Part shown: piece by piece, positions 45,237-59,520 of the stretch | How the letters are laid out: every line of letters starts with the position of its first letter | How positions within the stretch are numbered: the stretch's first letter is position 1 | Assembly (NCBI GenBank): GCA_964016885.1 | Contig: OZ024741.1 | Span: 201,004,001-201,068,000, forward strand | Direction of reading: 5' to 3' | Origin: Eledone cirrhosa | Taxonomy: Eukaryota | DNA: 64,000 bases | Translations under genes and position numbers: made by a program | The notes under the pieces: generated by a model | Seen by the model: only the letters and a program-made list of their open reading frames with translations | Told to the model about the DNA's origin: nothing | The model's database searches: none

Positions 45237-46261
45237 CAACTTTTAATCCATTCGAACTCAACTCTTTTATACAATTTCTTTCGTCATACAATCTAGCCAC
45301 GTAAAAGTCTTCCCTGTATAACTATAACGTTAATCCTTATATAGTTTAGCTTTTAACGCATTCAACTTATGTTTGACTTCATGATGGCTCTCTTGATTTT
45401 GTTGGTGATAGTTGTTATCGTTTGTCTCCACAGGTTCCATAAACACAACTTTTATAGCGTCTGTGATTTATAACTTACACTCACTCACAGGAGCTGCTTT
45501 TCTACCCGTTCCTTTCAGCTGAATTTGAATAAAATGTAAAGAACAATTCCTAGATAACGACAACATCAATAGTAACGACAACAACAACAAAAACAACAAC
45601 AATATTAATAATAATAATTACAATAATAAATGCTTTCTTTGTTATTAGTATTGGTGAAAAATACTAGCAACATAAACGTCAACAACAATAATATGTGGTG
45701 GAGTGCTTTAATGAAAGAAAAACATTTTGTTAAGACATATAAATGAAAAACAGCGATATCCAAGTGCGTGTTTTCTGTGATGTCAATGTATAGCAAGAAG
45801 GAAATTATTCCATAGCTTGTTCTAGGGTTAAACGTAATAAAAACCTTCGTGAAAAATATTATTAACTGACTTATTTCTACCAAAGCCCCCATCTCGGCTT
45901 TATTCTACTGTAAATTAATTTTTAGGCTACAAAGTGCAAATCTATAAACGTTGTACTATAGCTATGTGTATTATTCTCCAATGTTTCTTCTTTTTTTTTT
46001 CGAGCTTTTTGTAGATATTGACATAGATTATGTATGTATGTGTGTATGTGTATGTGTGAGTGTGTGTGTGTGTACATATATGCATACGCACACACGCTCG
46101 GTTGATAAGCCCATATCGGAAATGCTTGGGACCAGTAACTGATTCGAACTTCTGTCATATTCGGCTATTGGAATGTTTGTATATTTGCACCGATAAAATG
46201 AGGGGTTTGTGGATAGGAAGACGCAAGTCTAAACACGTTGCCCGTTAACGTTTCATAATTC

Positions 46262-46790
46262 TTTCTAACATTGGCATAAGGCCAGCAATTTGGGGCAAGG
46301 GGAAAATTGATTATATTGAATCCAGTGGTTAACTGGTACTTTATTTCATAGATACTGGAAGAATGAAAGGTAAAGTTGACCTATGTGGGATTTTAACTGA
46401 TAACGTAGAAAGTCGTACCGTATTTCCCGGCGCCGAAGACTCTTCGTCCTCGAGGACGTACCCTAATTTTAACAACCAAAAATTTGAAAAAAAATAATTG
46501 TTTCTATTTTTGGCACAATGCCAACAATTACTCAGTACATTACTGGTACTTTATTTTATCGACCCCGTAAGGATGAAAGGCAAAGTTAACCTCGGGGGAT
46601 TTGAACTCGGATCATAAAGGGACGTAACTCTGTTGCAAAACATGGTGTCCGACTCTCTACCGATACTGCCAATCCACCAAAATAATAACCTACCTTCGGC
46701 CTCCAGGACGCATGGTAGATTTTTGAGACTTATTTTAAGGAAATACGGTAATTAAACAACCACAAAATATTTTGTCCGACGTTCACCGAT
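46262..46790 (-). mobile_element. Nested old SINE > MITE (46418-46748) > young SINE (46499-46678)
   Basis: Old SINE split at a TA by the ccgtatttcc..ggaaatacgg MITE, itself split by a full SINE flanked by aaaataat. Confidence 0.8.
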
Positions 46791-47407
46791 ATTCATTTAC
46801 ATTTTATCATACAACATATACATATACTACGATAAAAATTAATTCTTTCCTTAAAAATAAATTTAGGACTAGTGCTGTTTCGCACAACATGTAAGTTAGT
46901 CCCACTGAACGCTTATCTTCGCGCCAAAACAAATCCCCCGATTACATTTTTGATTCAAGCTTGTCAACCAGATGAAAATATTTACACATTATTTTTGCTT
47001 TTTACACGTTCGTTTCTTGCACACCTATATAGTGAAATAACTTAGAGGGAGCCACTTACCTTTCCTCACAGCTCTCTCTTTTTTTTAACGACATTTTAAA
47101 CAAAGAGTGAAATAACTTTTACAAGTTTATAACATCGAAATTTAGAAAATAATCAAATTATTTTAACGAAATATATTCCCACTGTTTAATATTGGCCCAC
47201 AACAGTTAATCTCCTAGAAATAGCAACCCTCTCTGAATGAATAGTAATGTCCAAGTTTCATCCACCTATTTAAAATAAATTTATGAGAAAAACAAAGTGT
47301 CATAATGGCGTTCTTTAAGGCTTCCCTTTCAGTTTCGCAAATGGATTATATTAATATTATTGCTTTAACAAATATAATATTTCAGCTATACTATGTAGAC
47401 GAGAAAA

Positions 47408-47929
47408 CACAGCTTGTCGACTACGTTTTGCTACTCCACAGCTTGTCGACTACGTTTTGCTACTCCACAGCTTGTCGACTACGTTTTGTTACTCCACAGC
47501 TTGTCTACTACGTTTTGCTACTCCACAGCTTGTCGACTACGTTTTGCTACTCCACAGCTTGTCGACTACGTTTTGCTAATCCACAGCTTGTCGACTACGT
47601 TTTGCTACTCCACAGCTTGTCTACTACGTTTTGCTACTCCACAGCTTGTCGACTACGTTTTGCTACTCCACAGCTTGTCTACTACGTTTTGCTACTCCAC
47701 AGCTTGTCGACTACGTTTTGCTACTCCACAGCTTGTCTACTACGTTTTGCTACTCCACAGCTTGTCGACTACGTTTTGCTACTCCACAGCTTGTCTACTA
47801 CGTTTTGCTACTCCACAGCTTGTCGACTACGTTTTGCTACTCCACAGCTTGTCTACTACGTTTTGCTACTCCACAGCTTGTCGACTACGTTTTGCTACTC
47901 CACAGCTTGTCGACTACGTTTTGCTACTC
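47408..47929. repeat. 29-bp minisatellite, 18 copies
   Basis: Unit cacagcttgtc(g/t)actacgttttgctactc, head-to-tail, no spacers. Confidence 0.95.
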
Positions 47930-48125
47930 AAGCCTTGCAGTTCAAAAGACCATGCAAACTTCAATTAAAGTGCAAAGAGCTGTGCGGAGAGGTGGGAAGC
48001 TGTTATATGACAAACGTGCTTTCTTCTAAGAAACGACAAGAAGAAGCAATTATAATTTTATAGAAATGGAGGTAATATTGTTGACGATGGAATTTGTGGT
48101 TACTACCAGGTACACATACGCACAC

Positions 48126-48190
<65 letters not shown>

Positions 48191-48193
48191 TGC

Positions 48194-48245
<52 letters not shown>

Positions 48246-48246
<1 letters not shown>

Positions 48247-48415
48247 ACCATAAACCCTCCATCTCAACTCTACTTTTGAAAAGCATAAGAACTGTGAAAC
48301 CGGTAAAGGAAACAAATAAATATTCTTAAAACGACTCCAGTTGCATTTTCAATTTCTTTTCCTATACTTTCACTCGTGTAGGACGTCTCGTTATTTATTT
48401 TAAAAAACTAATTTT

Positions 48416-48420
<5 letters not shown>
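48246..48420 (+). mobile_element. Family E single pLTR with variant hammerhead at 48272-48309
   Basis: ctt TTGAAAA gcat-aagaa-ctgt GAAA ccgg TA aagg; tail tatactttcactcgtgtaggac as at 42939. Confidence 0.8.
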
Positions 48421-48450
<30 letters not shown>

Positions 48451-50370
48451 AAAATCTTTATTGAGCATGGGTTGGACACAATTTTTATCAAACTTCACAA
48501 ATCATTAATCGGTATTCTGTATGTGTGGCCGAACACTATTTGTTGGGCGATAAAATATAGGCCGAACCAGGTTATCGGAATGATAAGAACTGTTGTATGT
48601 TGAACTATGAGGATAAGTTAATATTAATTGAGCTGACAGGATAGGTTGATCAAACATAAGTTGAGCTGAAATGTTGAGCTCGCATAAAGTATTTGATGAT
48701 CCACTATAGATAGAAATTGCGTAGTTCGTTAAGTGAATGTTTGCATCACGATGTGTTTGTTGGATTAAATATGAAGATTACATGATTACAGAGAACTCTC
48801 CCTTTTTCAGCAATTATCTATAGTGATCGACTGCTATTACAGGCATCTCCTGAGTTTGGAACTCTCACATTTTCAAATTTCAAACAGTACGAGCGTTTCG
48901 ATAATTCATAAGGCTTTTTGTACACCCGGCTACGTTTTATCTCCAAGCTGTATAGTATAACATTCTTAAAAAATACGGGAAAAGGTGTACACAGTATTCG
49001 AGTGATACATGGTTCGATTCCTCGTAGACACCTTTGTCTACTTGTTTTTCGTTTTCAAGGGTTATATACCTAAATTTCACAACGATTACCTACCGCTGTT
49101 GACTGTTATTTTTTACGTTTGGGTCTCTGATATTTTCAAATTAAAATATTAGTTAAATTTCCAGAACTTTTACGCAAAACAGAGGCCTACCAAATGAGAT
49201 TGTTGAGCATAGTCAGCTTCAAGAAAGCAGCGCACTCACAACAAAATTATAGAGTTGTGTAAATTGGTAACGACTTCCTATCTCCTAAATTCAATCCAAT
49301 GTTTAATTAATTGATTCAAATAAATGTTAGTAAATATATGTACATTCATACGTGTATTCATATGTGTATTACATTATATATCCATTTATATGTATATGCA
49401 CATATATGCACACTGCATTATTTTAATTTCTGATTTGTTAACACGGCTTACATCCTTAAATCCTACACACTCAATGTGTTTTTCAAATTCCGACAGAAAG
49501 AAATTTGCTTTCATTCCTACGATGCTTAATTTTAGTTAATGGAATGTCATACGAGAATTAGCAAAGGTTTTGACTCGGATTATACCACAGCAAAATAGAA
49601 TGAAACACAGTCTTCAGTGGGTCTCAGGAAAATCTTTCAAATACTGAAGGACACCTAGTTTCTAATGCACAAACATATGTTCATGCACATACACACACAT
49701 ACACTGGCATAAGCGTGTATTTTATATTTGTGTGGGTGTAAATACACGAGTAGTTTGGAAGTGTTTCATTCGCATTTGGGTTAATTAGATTATGTGAATG
49801 ACCAATAAGAGCAGTCGAGAGCCGGATAAAGCAATCTATATATATTCATCTAATCCAGAGGAACCATAACTAAATAGTTTAGGCTCCGGAACTTTCTTAG
49901 TTACATAAATATTTAGTTCATCAGAGTTGGTATTTCGTTGCAGTTGTTTATCTTTGTCTAGATGAAACATAGGTGCCATCAAGGCAGATATCATACAGGA
50001 ATTAACAACCTATCTAGGTAATTTAATTAATCTTTCGTGTCACACAGGAATCCATCCAGGTGTTTAATTCGATTCTTTCTGTTGTGTTAATCAAATCAGA
50101 AATGTCTCATTATTGATATGGTGGTAGTACTAAGTGTATTTTTCCAGAATACACGGAACATTTTAAAGCAAAAAAAAAAAAAAAAAAATTATTGGTGCGC
50201 TTTGTGCATAAAGTGAGGTATGATTTAAAAAAGGAGTATTCATATGTTTTACCTTATAAATAATTTACACTACAGGCTCTTAACTACTATATTCAAGAAA
50301 TAAAACAGAAATAAATTCAGTTTGAATTTTACATTTTTTTTACGTACCATCTCATATTACGGTGCAGTGT

Positions 50371-50401
<31 letters not shown>

Positions 50402-50466
50402 AAGACCGTGAACCTAATAAACTTTGATTTGTACTGCCTCTCTATTTTTGTTCCCGTCCAAGTTTT

Positions 50467-50518
<52 letters not shown>

Positions 50519-50667
50519 TGTCATTACAACAACAGAGGTCCGACGAGCTTTTGATTCCAGAGTAGGGCCAGATAGATACAGATTGAACCTTGAGCTGATC
50601 ATTAACGAAACGCGCGTCACCAAACAATAAACGTAATGAAGGCTTTACAAATCGTCCTTGTATTATT

Positions 50668-50726
<59 letters not shown>

Positions 50727-51016
50727 GTTGGCCATTTATGAGTATAAAATGTCAAGCAGAAAGTTGAACCAATAACAGGTTTTTGTAAGCTTTTGTACCA
50801 CCAGCTTTAAGAACGCAAGTGTAGCTGAATGGTTAAGAAATTTACTTCGCAACAATTAAATCCCGCATTCGATCCCACTGTATGGCATCTTGGCCAAGTG
50901 TTATTTATCATAGCTTCTGGCTGATCTGTGTGCCTTGGAAACGGTTTAGAAGCTCGTCTAATAGGCCGTACGTTGTCGGCTGCTGTTGTTGGGATTTGGT
51001 TGTCATTATTAAAATA

Positions 51017-51244
51017 TCCCGCCGAGGTTGACTTTGCCTTTCACCCTTACGAGGTCGATAAAATAAAGTACCAGTAATGCACTGGGTATTTGCTGGCCTT
51101 GTGCCTAAAGTAGAAACAATTATTAAAATATCTGGGCGGTGGATTGGCAGTATCGGTAGAGGGTCTGACGCCATGCTTTGCAGCAAAGAGTTACGACCCT
51201 TTATGGTCTGAGTTCAAATCCTTCCGAGGTTAACTTTGCCTTTC
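51017..51244 (+). mobile_element. Adjacent 5'-truncated and 3'-truncated tRNA-SINE copies
   Basis: SINE 3' part (51017-51124) then 5' part (51134-51244); aaaatatc at all three junctions. Confidence 0.8.
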
Positions 51245-51289
51245 AAAATATCAATGTTTTTTCCTATCATTGGTAGTCATTTATATTGA

Positions 51290-51545
51290 TATTGTCTAGT
51301 AAAACCTAGTCTGGTGAATGTGTCCGAACATGGAAGAACCGAACTTCCACTGCCACCGCCTCCATCTCACTCGCCCTCCCCATCTCTCTGTATTATGAGC
51401 AAATGGGGTCCCTCGTGTTGGCCGTCCCACGGCCTCGGCGGAGAGAATGGAGGTGTTACCCCGGAGGATGGTAAGGGAGATGCGCTGGAAGAGCCATTCC
51501 ATCTCGCGAAGCTTACACCTGCGGCTGGCCAGGTCAGCGCCTAAT
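51290..51545 (-). mobile_element. CRE-like non-LTR retrotransposon 3' fragment
   Basis: REMEWLFQRISLTILRGNTSIL matches the LFQRIS..I.RGN C-terminal motif of CRE-clade elements. Confidence 0.6.
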
Positions 51546-52444
51546 TCAAAGAACCAGTCTTATTCCACGTTGAATCATGCTGAATATCAATGAAAATTTC
51601 GTAAAAGGTACATATGCCAGCAGAATGCTCAGCCACTTAGACGTTAAATTCATGAACAAGTTTTTCCATTGATCGAACTACGGAAACACAGAAAATCCAT
51701 TACACCAGCGAACATGTTTAACCAAATCCGAAACATCTGAATTCTTGTCACACTGGAATATTCATAGGTTAAGACATGATGGACTTTAAGCGGACATATA
51801 TTAATGAAGAATTCTTGACCTTTTCCATTCTTCACTACAATATCGAATGACCACTCTTCTAGTTTCATCTGCCAACTATTTCTGTTAAGTACAGCCATTT
51901 CATCCATCCTACTCTCTTCTCATTTCCTTTCATCTTTCCACTTAAGCTTGTTTTTTTTTCCGTTTTTTTTTTTTCGTTTGTGTTTGTCCCCCACCACAAT
52001 TTTGTCTTTCTTCATTTCCCCTTCTCTACGAGTTCATCCCCACCTCCTCCAAACGTTACCCAGTGTCATGCACCCTCTCACCACTCCCCTTCACATCTCA
52101 CCTATATCCCCTCCCCCACATATAAACTCAAATCCTCCATTTCTTTCTACATGTAAACAGACTTGTCTGTCTCGCTATATTCCATGTTATTGCGAAATAA
52201 AAACAACAACAATGCAGCCTCCATCACCCACCATCAAAACTATTAACAATAACAACGTGCTGCACAAAATAAAATGTGTGTCAGTTTTAAGTGTGTTAAG
52301 GGCCAAATTATCAATGTATCTCGTAGGACTAGTAGGACAATAAACAGTGAATTGACGATGTACTTGGTGACACTAGTATAGGCAGAACAGTTTACGAATA
52401 GAAGTGTAATACAAGTACCGCAGTGAATACTATGTATATATATA

Positions 52445-52505
<61 letters not shown>

Positions 52506-52613
52506 GTATATATATATATATATATATACACATATATATATATACATATGTGTCTGCTTGTGTACATCATTTATATATATACATGTGTTTGCATGTATAT
52601 ATATATATATATA

Positions 52614-52964
<351 letters not shown>

Positions 52965-55900
52965 ATAAACGGAGCATGGCCGGATGTGTTTAAGAAATTA
53001 AGTTTTCAATGACGTGGTACCATTTTTTTATCCTGCTACCCATTGGCATAGCAATATAACTACAGTTTAGTACCCGTTTCCACCTGAATATCCCTCCTGA
53101 TAACTCGCTTAATAATGTATATTTATGAATGAAAGTTTGCAGAGATAAATGTTCTATTATGAAGATTACCAGTGGGTTGATAATATTTTTAATCTTTTTA
53201 AATATTTTCACTTCAAACAAACTTGTTGATGAACCTTTCATTTTAAACATTTGAACATAAACATAATTTAAACATTTAAACATAATTTGAAAAGCCTTTT
53301 CAATATCAGTAATACTATTTCACTGCCTACTTGTAACTGTATGGATTCTAACATCTGTCTATTTGACAAAATTGTCAAACGAAAGTTGAAAACGAACATT
53401 CTTATACGTTTAAAATATGCACTGGATTGACAGAAAATAAAATTCAAGATGTGCTTTTATCACTATAAAAATTATTTTAGATAATCAGAATAAGACTTTT
53501 CTGCGATATTCTCTAAATATATTTGGTCTTTGAAGGAATACTGTCCAGCTTATTTTAAAATATACTGGACTGTGTTAACTTGGAGCACGCTAACCTATAC
53601 AAGCATAGCTTCCACTTACTCGAGCTTGCGGTGTGCCGTGTGTTCAAGTGAGAAATTCTTCGTTTTATTCCAAGAGCCACACGTTCTCAATTTAAAACAC
53701 TCGTAATTGTTGATTTGTTGTAGGCCTGCTTTGTAGTTTTTGCTAAGTAAATTTTTACTGTGTAATGATTGAACTCTATTGAGCATGATCGCCATATTTA
53801 TTGATCCTTTACCGATTATTCGTAATCACCAGAACAAGAATTTTGTCAACTTTTCACTTTTTAAAATAATTGTTACCTCCCTTACACGATTTAACTATGC
53901 TGGTTATTTACGTGTTTTTAAATAATTTCAAATTTAATTAACTACCCCGCTTGCTCCTACAGTATTGGTTTTTAACTTGTCTTTACACACTTAAGTAAAC
54001 TATTTAATGCATTTCTTATATATATATCATTTTATATTTCTTAAATTTGCACTTCGAAAGTTAGCATATATTTACACATCCTTCGACGGTTTATTTCTTC
54101 TTTTTTCTTACAAATTTATCATATTAATCAAAAATGTTCTTTTACTATTGTCCAAAGTTCGGGAACAAAATACTCTGAAATAATTTTTGAAGTTTCAGCT
54201 TCCAATAAAATATAATATATACGCTCTATTCTCTTCCTTGTTCAAACATGTTTTCATGTGTGTATGTATTCATTGTGAACTACACAGTTTAGGGCTAAAA
54301 TGAAACGAAAGGGGTAGATAAAGCTAGATCGATCTTATTGTTTCCAGTCTTCTTATACCTTCACCAGAGAAGGGAACGCCTATTTTCTCTTCACGGAGTG
54401 ATTAGTATGAACAAACTGGTATTTTGATTTTTGCAGGCTTTTGCCAGGCTTTGGGGCGGAAAGGGGGGCGTTTCGGTACATCCAGGGTGAGTACTCTAAT
54501 TCCGTAGCGAATTTTTACAAGCTTCTTTGATTAAATTTTTGTTAGTTTGTTTTTTAAAATTTATTTTTGATTTTGTTCTTGCTTTGAAAAGAAAAGTTAG
54601 TAAAGTCAAGACTTCAAGGAACGTATTTCGGGACGTTTTATAATCATTTTTCTAAATCTCAGGGTGCACCATTAAAATTTAGTGGGCAGTGCCATCTAGT
54701 GCCTTCAATCCCTTGACGATGGACCCAGTCCATTGCATATATATGTAGAGTGTTTGTGTGTGATATGCTTGTATGTCTAAGCATGCTATGTATATCTGTT
54801 TATCTGATACAAAATCAATATAGATAGACGAAAATAGAGAAACGAAAACGGAAAATGAAATCAGAGAAATCCTGAACAAATTTATGAAAGGTTCGACGCT
54901 TTTTTCCAATTATGACTTCAACATCAAACTTTGGCTACATTTCTGTTATTAATGGTCTAGTGTCATGTTTCCTTCCACATAACCGAACAGCGTGTTCATC
55001 ATGCGCTGTATTTGTCCTTTTATATAAAAGGCGTATTAGCGTGTGAATTTGTATGTATGTGTGTGAGCGATTGCTATTTACCTAGATACTTTACATGGTA
55101 TACCTGTTTTGCGTGTTAATGTATTTGTACGCATTCAGGTCCCCGTTAATATGGTTGGTCAACAGTTCATTTTGATAATACAGTACAACAGATATTGCAT
55201 TCAATCTGTATAATCGAGAAAAGTTGTGACTGTGTGAATCAGACCGTGTGTGTGTGTGTGTGTGTGTGTGTGGAATGTGAGTATTACGACGTCTCTGTGT
55301 GTGGGGGAAATACACTGAGTGCATGCGTGAGTGAGAGGGAGGGGAATGAATGAATGCATGTTTTTAGTTGTTGTGTAGCTGGTTCCGTTCTCGCCCCCTC
55401 CCTTTATTATTATTATTATTATTGTTATTATTTTCAGTGTGAGAACAATCCGTCCTCGCTCTCCAGCTCAGTCAAAACCCACCACTACCTTGAGGCTGTT
55501 TGTACTGCTGAATTGAATTCCACGTGCCTTTGAATGAGAGACAAAACGAGGGTGTGGGGCAGAAGAATGAGGACATGACAAGAAAGGAACAAAGCGACAG
55601 GTGAGGGAGGTCGGATGAGGTCACCCTAAAATCTCTCTACTGCCTTCTGCTGCTGTTATTATTTTACATTTTTTTTACTTTTAGTCATTGTTTTTCTTCT
55701 CATTTCTTTCTGTTTTTATTGCTGCCATTTGTGTCCCGATTGAGAAAGGCAAGTAAGTGAATGCTATGAATGTTTCTTTGCTGTGTCTATCTCCATATGT
55801 CACCTGCTCACCCCACTGCGTCGTCCGACATTATCGCCCGCTGTCTTTACAATGTCCCCACCATCGACAATACCACTCACTCTAGCCAACGAAGGAGCCT

Positions 55901-57576
55901 CTACGTGGTCGTTCGACATTCTAAAAATACCAGCCAATACTCCAAAATCCTACCCGTCACCCTTAACACCCTATAATGAGTTAGCAGAAATGAAATTATC
56001 TAAAAATGAGTTTCTTAATTTAAACTAGTGGGCAGATTGTTGTGAAAGAATTTTACGCCTCTATGTGAGCCGAATCTCTCTCAAACCACATCCTCCACGC
56101 TTAGCACTCTGTAATGATTTAGCAAAAAATATCTATAAATGGTTTTGTTTATTTAAATGTTTATAATATATTTGCAATATTAGAGTAAAGACCTTAAATA
56201 TTAATATGGTGTAGGCATAGTCCTGTTTTATACCTTTTGGGAATGTCTTACTCACGAAGTTGTATGCGGTGCAGGATGTTAAGAGTTAAATAAGATACGT
56301 TGGACATTGATATATAAAAGGAGATAATGGTAATGGATGGAATACTCAATCAGAGTAAACCTAGGGCTAAATATCCTCATCATTACCATCCTCATATCAC
56401 TCACTGTCTCCTTAATCTCTTGTAAAATTGACTGCTGCCCTCTTTCCACCTTCTATAATGTTAACTGTTCTTTCTTTACTATGTCGTCATTTACAGCTCA
56501 TCACAATGTCCCCACACCATCCAAACCCCACCTCACTTGACAATATCACTTGCTGTTTTCTTCACTATCTTCTGGCAATACTGCTTACGTCAACACGTGG
56601 TTTGCCATTCTAATATGTTTCATTGGTAATTCTGCTAGCTATAAGTATCATTCTACCATCTTAAAACAGAACACGTTGGACAACGTAATCTTTGATATAC
56701 AAAAAGAAAACGGGGGTAGCCATGACAGGAGTGCATTTAACCATAAGTCTGCCTAAAACCAGGGTTATTTTGGGACTAAACAACAGCAGAAATTGCAGCT
56801 GGGTTTATTTTAAATATGAAAGAACATATCATACTATGTAGACCTTGATATATTAAAACAGAAACGGGGGCGGGGGCGATCCTGGAATGCCTTTGGTAAT
56901 AATCATGTTCGATTAAGAATGATCTATAGTTTATATTTACAAGCAAAGGTATCAATAAACAATGCTAGATTTTCTTTTTGCAAATAGACATCTTTAGTAT
57001 AAGGTTGATGACCCTGTCTCAAGGTGCAATCATTCATTAATTTCACACTAGATAAGTTCTAAACTGACTAAAGAGTCTCCACAAGATCCCTTGAAATGTA
57101 ACCAAATTTGCCCCAAATAACACGCGTAGAAACAAAAGAGACGTCGTCAGAGAATGTTGTACTGGTTAAAACATGTCTGAATAAAAGATGGCACGGTTAC
57201 GATTAAAATGTCTTTAGTTTCAATCATAGGTATGTTCAATCATGGCTGACCTAGAGCTAAATAACAATATCAACAACTATCAAGCGTAATGTTGCTATGT
57301 TGCGTTCTCCCACCCGCTTATTATTACTCAAGCAGCTGATGTAATTTTGTCTATAGCGTCACGTACCACTTGTTGATTGCTAGATAGACGGTCGTAATGG
57401 CTATATTTTAGATCAACACCGATGGGGTATAAGTTCATAAAAAATAAAGTAATTTTTTTAAACTGAGGCATAAATATTGTTATTTCTGATATTTAACCTC
57501 AACTCAACCTTAAACAAATGGTCGAGCCCCTATCACCTCACCTAAGGCAAAATACATTATTCGAAGAAGACGACGA

Positions 57577-57722
57577 ATTGGCAGAGTCGTTAGAACGTCG
57601 GACAGAATGTTTTGCGGTATTCGTTTCGGCTCTCTGCTCTGAGTTCAAATCCCGCCGAAGTCAGCTTTGTCTTTCATCTATTCGAAATCGATAGAAAGAA
57701 ATACTAGTCTTGTACTGGTGTT
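57577..57722 (+). mobile_element. Older tRNA-SINE
   Basis: aattggcagagtcgttagaacgtcgg...gagttcaaatcccgccgaag...ctttcatc. Confidence 0.7.
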
Positions 57723-58194
57723 GATTTTTCCTCTATATCTCTTTCTCACTTCCTCTCTCTTTCACTATCTATCTTTCTCTGAACAGTATCTGGTGTATTC
57801 AAATCAGGTGAGGGATGGGCTCCGCCATGTTTAAAAATGGCATAGAACTAGCTGTTATTTCAAATGACTACGTAGAAAAAGGTTGGGAAAGCGCATTATT
57901 TCAAAGCACGCGCCGACTAAATCTCTAAAAAAACGTGTTAACGCCTAACGACCCAAGATAGTGGCGCGCGTGTGTGTGGTGTGGTGTGGTGTGGTGTGGT
58001 GTGTGTGTGTGTGTAAACAAAGCGGTTGACTTTAGATGCATTGGGAAAATCCAAAATTTTACATGTGTGCATCCCAACGCAAATAACCATAATAATAGTC
58101 ATTCACTGTAAATGATAATTCAGAAAAACAGGTAAAGTGCCCTTGGAGACGGAAAATATTGAAAAGAGATGCGCCACTGTCCACTTTTTTCAAC

Positions 58195-58258
<64 letters not shown>

Positions 58259-58293
58259 CTTTGTTCGTACTGCCTCTCTGTTTTGTTCCCGTT

Positions 58294-58341
<48 letters not shown>

Positions 58342-58496
58342 ATATATATATATATATATATATAAACATATATATATATATTGTATATATATATATACAT
58401 ATATATATATATTGTATATATATATATATATACATACATACATACACACACATTTATATATATATATTATACATACACACACACATATATATATAA

Positions 58497-58557
<61 letters not shown>

Positions 58558-59115
58558 ACGTCTCTCTAAATGCATATCTATATCTCGATATGTTTTCTTA
58601 TGTATTAAGAGGTAGGAAATTCTAAGTTTTAGGCTTTCTGCTAATATGTAATACGTTTTTCACTTGGCTTTCCATAACAGATGGTATTTAATGGTGATTA
58701 TGTCTAACGTGTTATGTAAAACGTTGACGGAACTAAATTTCGTTGTAACGGTGATTTTTATAGGTTAAATTCCTTAAATGTTTTTATTAAGTTCTTTCTA
58801 ATTTTGTGTTGGTTTACAGCTGTTATGTGGCCGATTGCCAGGTCAGCTTTTTAATACACCCTTATAGTATTCCTCCTGGCTTTCACCCAAGTGGCCTGAG
58901 TTTCATTCTCGACATGGAACCGTGTTACGTGGAGGAGCATGCATAGCTGCGACGATACGTGGTTCGGTTTTCTTTGCATCCACGTGGTACCAAGTTCGTT
59001 CTAACTGCGCAGCATCTTTGGCAATTGTCTCCGACTAAATTCCATTTACTTAGTGAGTGGAATTTATTAGACGTGAACTGTGTGGAAATTGTCATATTTG
59101 TATGCATGTATTTGT

Positions 59116-59168
<53 letters not shown>

Positions 59169-59189
59169 ATAGTCTGTTATTTTAATAAT

Positions 59190-59221
<32 letters not shown>

Positions 59222-59224
59222 ACA

Positions 59225-59520
59225 TGTGCATCCACTTTTCCTTCCGCGCTTGCATAGTTTGGATAAGTGCAATTAAACGCAGCCTCTCATCTAACACGTT
59301 ATGTTCCTTTTCTATTTCTTTTGTGTGTTTCTGCATCCTACTCTTGCTATGTCTTTCTCGGTCATGTTCTTCCACAGCTTCATTCCAATTCTTCACCCAC
59401 CTGTCGTCAACAATGTCCATTACATGTCCATACCACCACATTCTGTAAGACCAAGTTTATATCCAGTGTTGTGGCGTTCATCATACACACACGAACTTGA
59501 TATATCTACCAGAGCTTGTT
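59225..59520 (-). mobile_element. RTE-type LINE 3' fragment
   Basis: WWYGHVMDIVDDRWVK plus 3' end atgcaagcgcgg..aaaagtgga. Confidence 0.6.

Noticed and set aside
47305-48063. 252-aa repeat ORF or CRISPR-like array
   Set aside because: Head-to-tail 29-bp units have no unique spacers, leader or cas genes; the ORF is a by-product of the repeat
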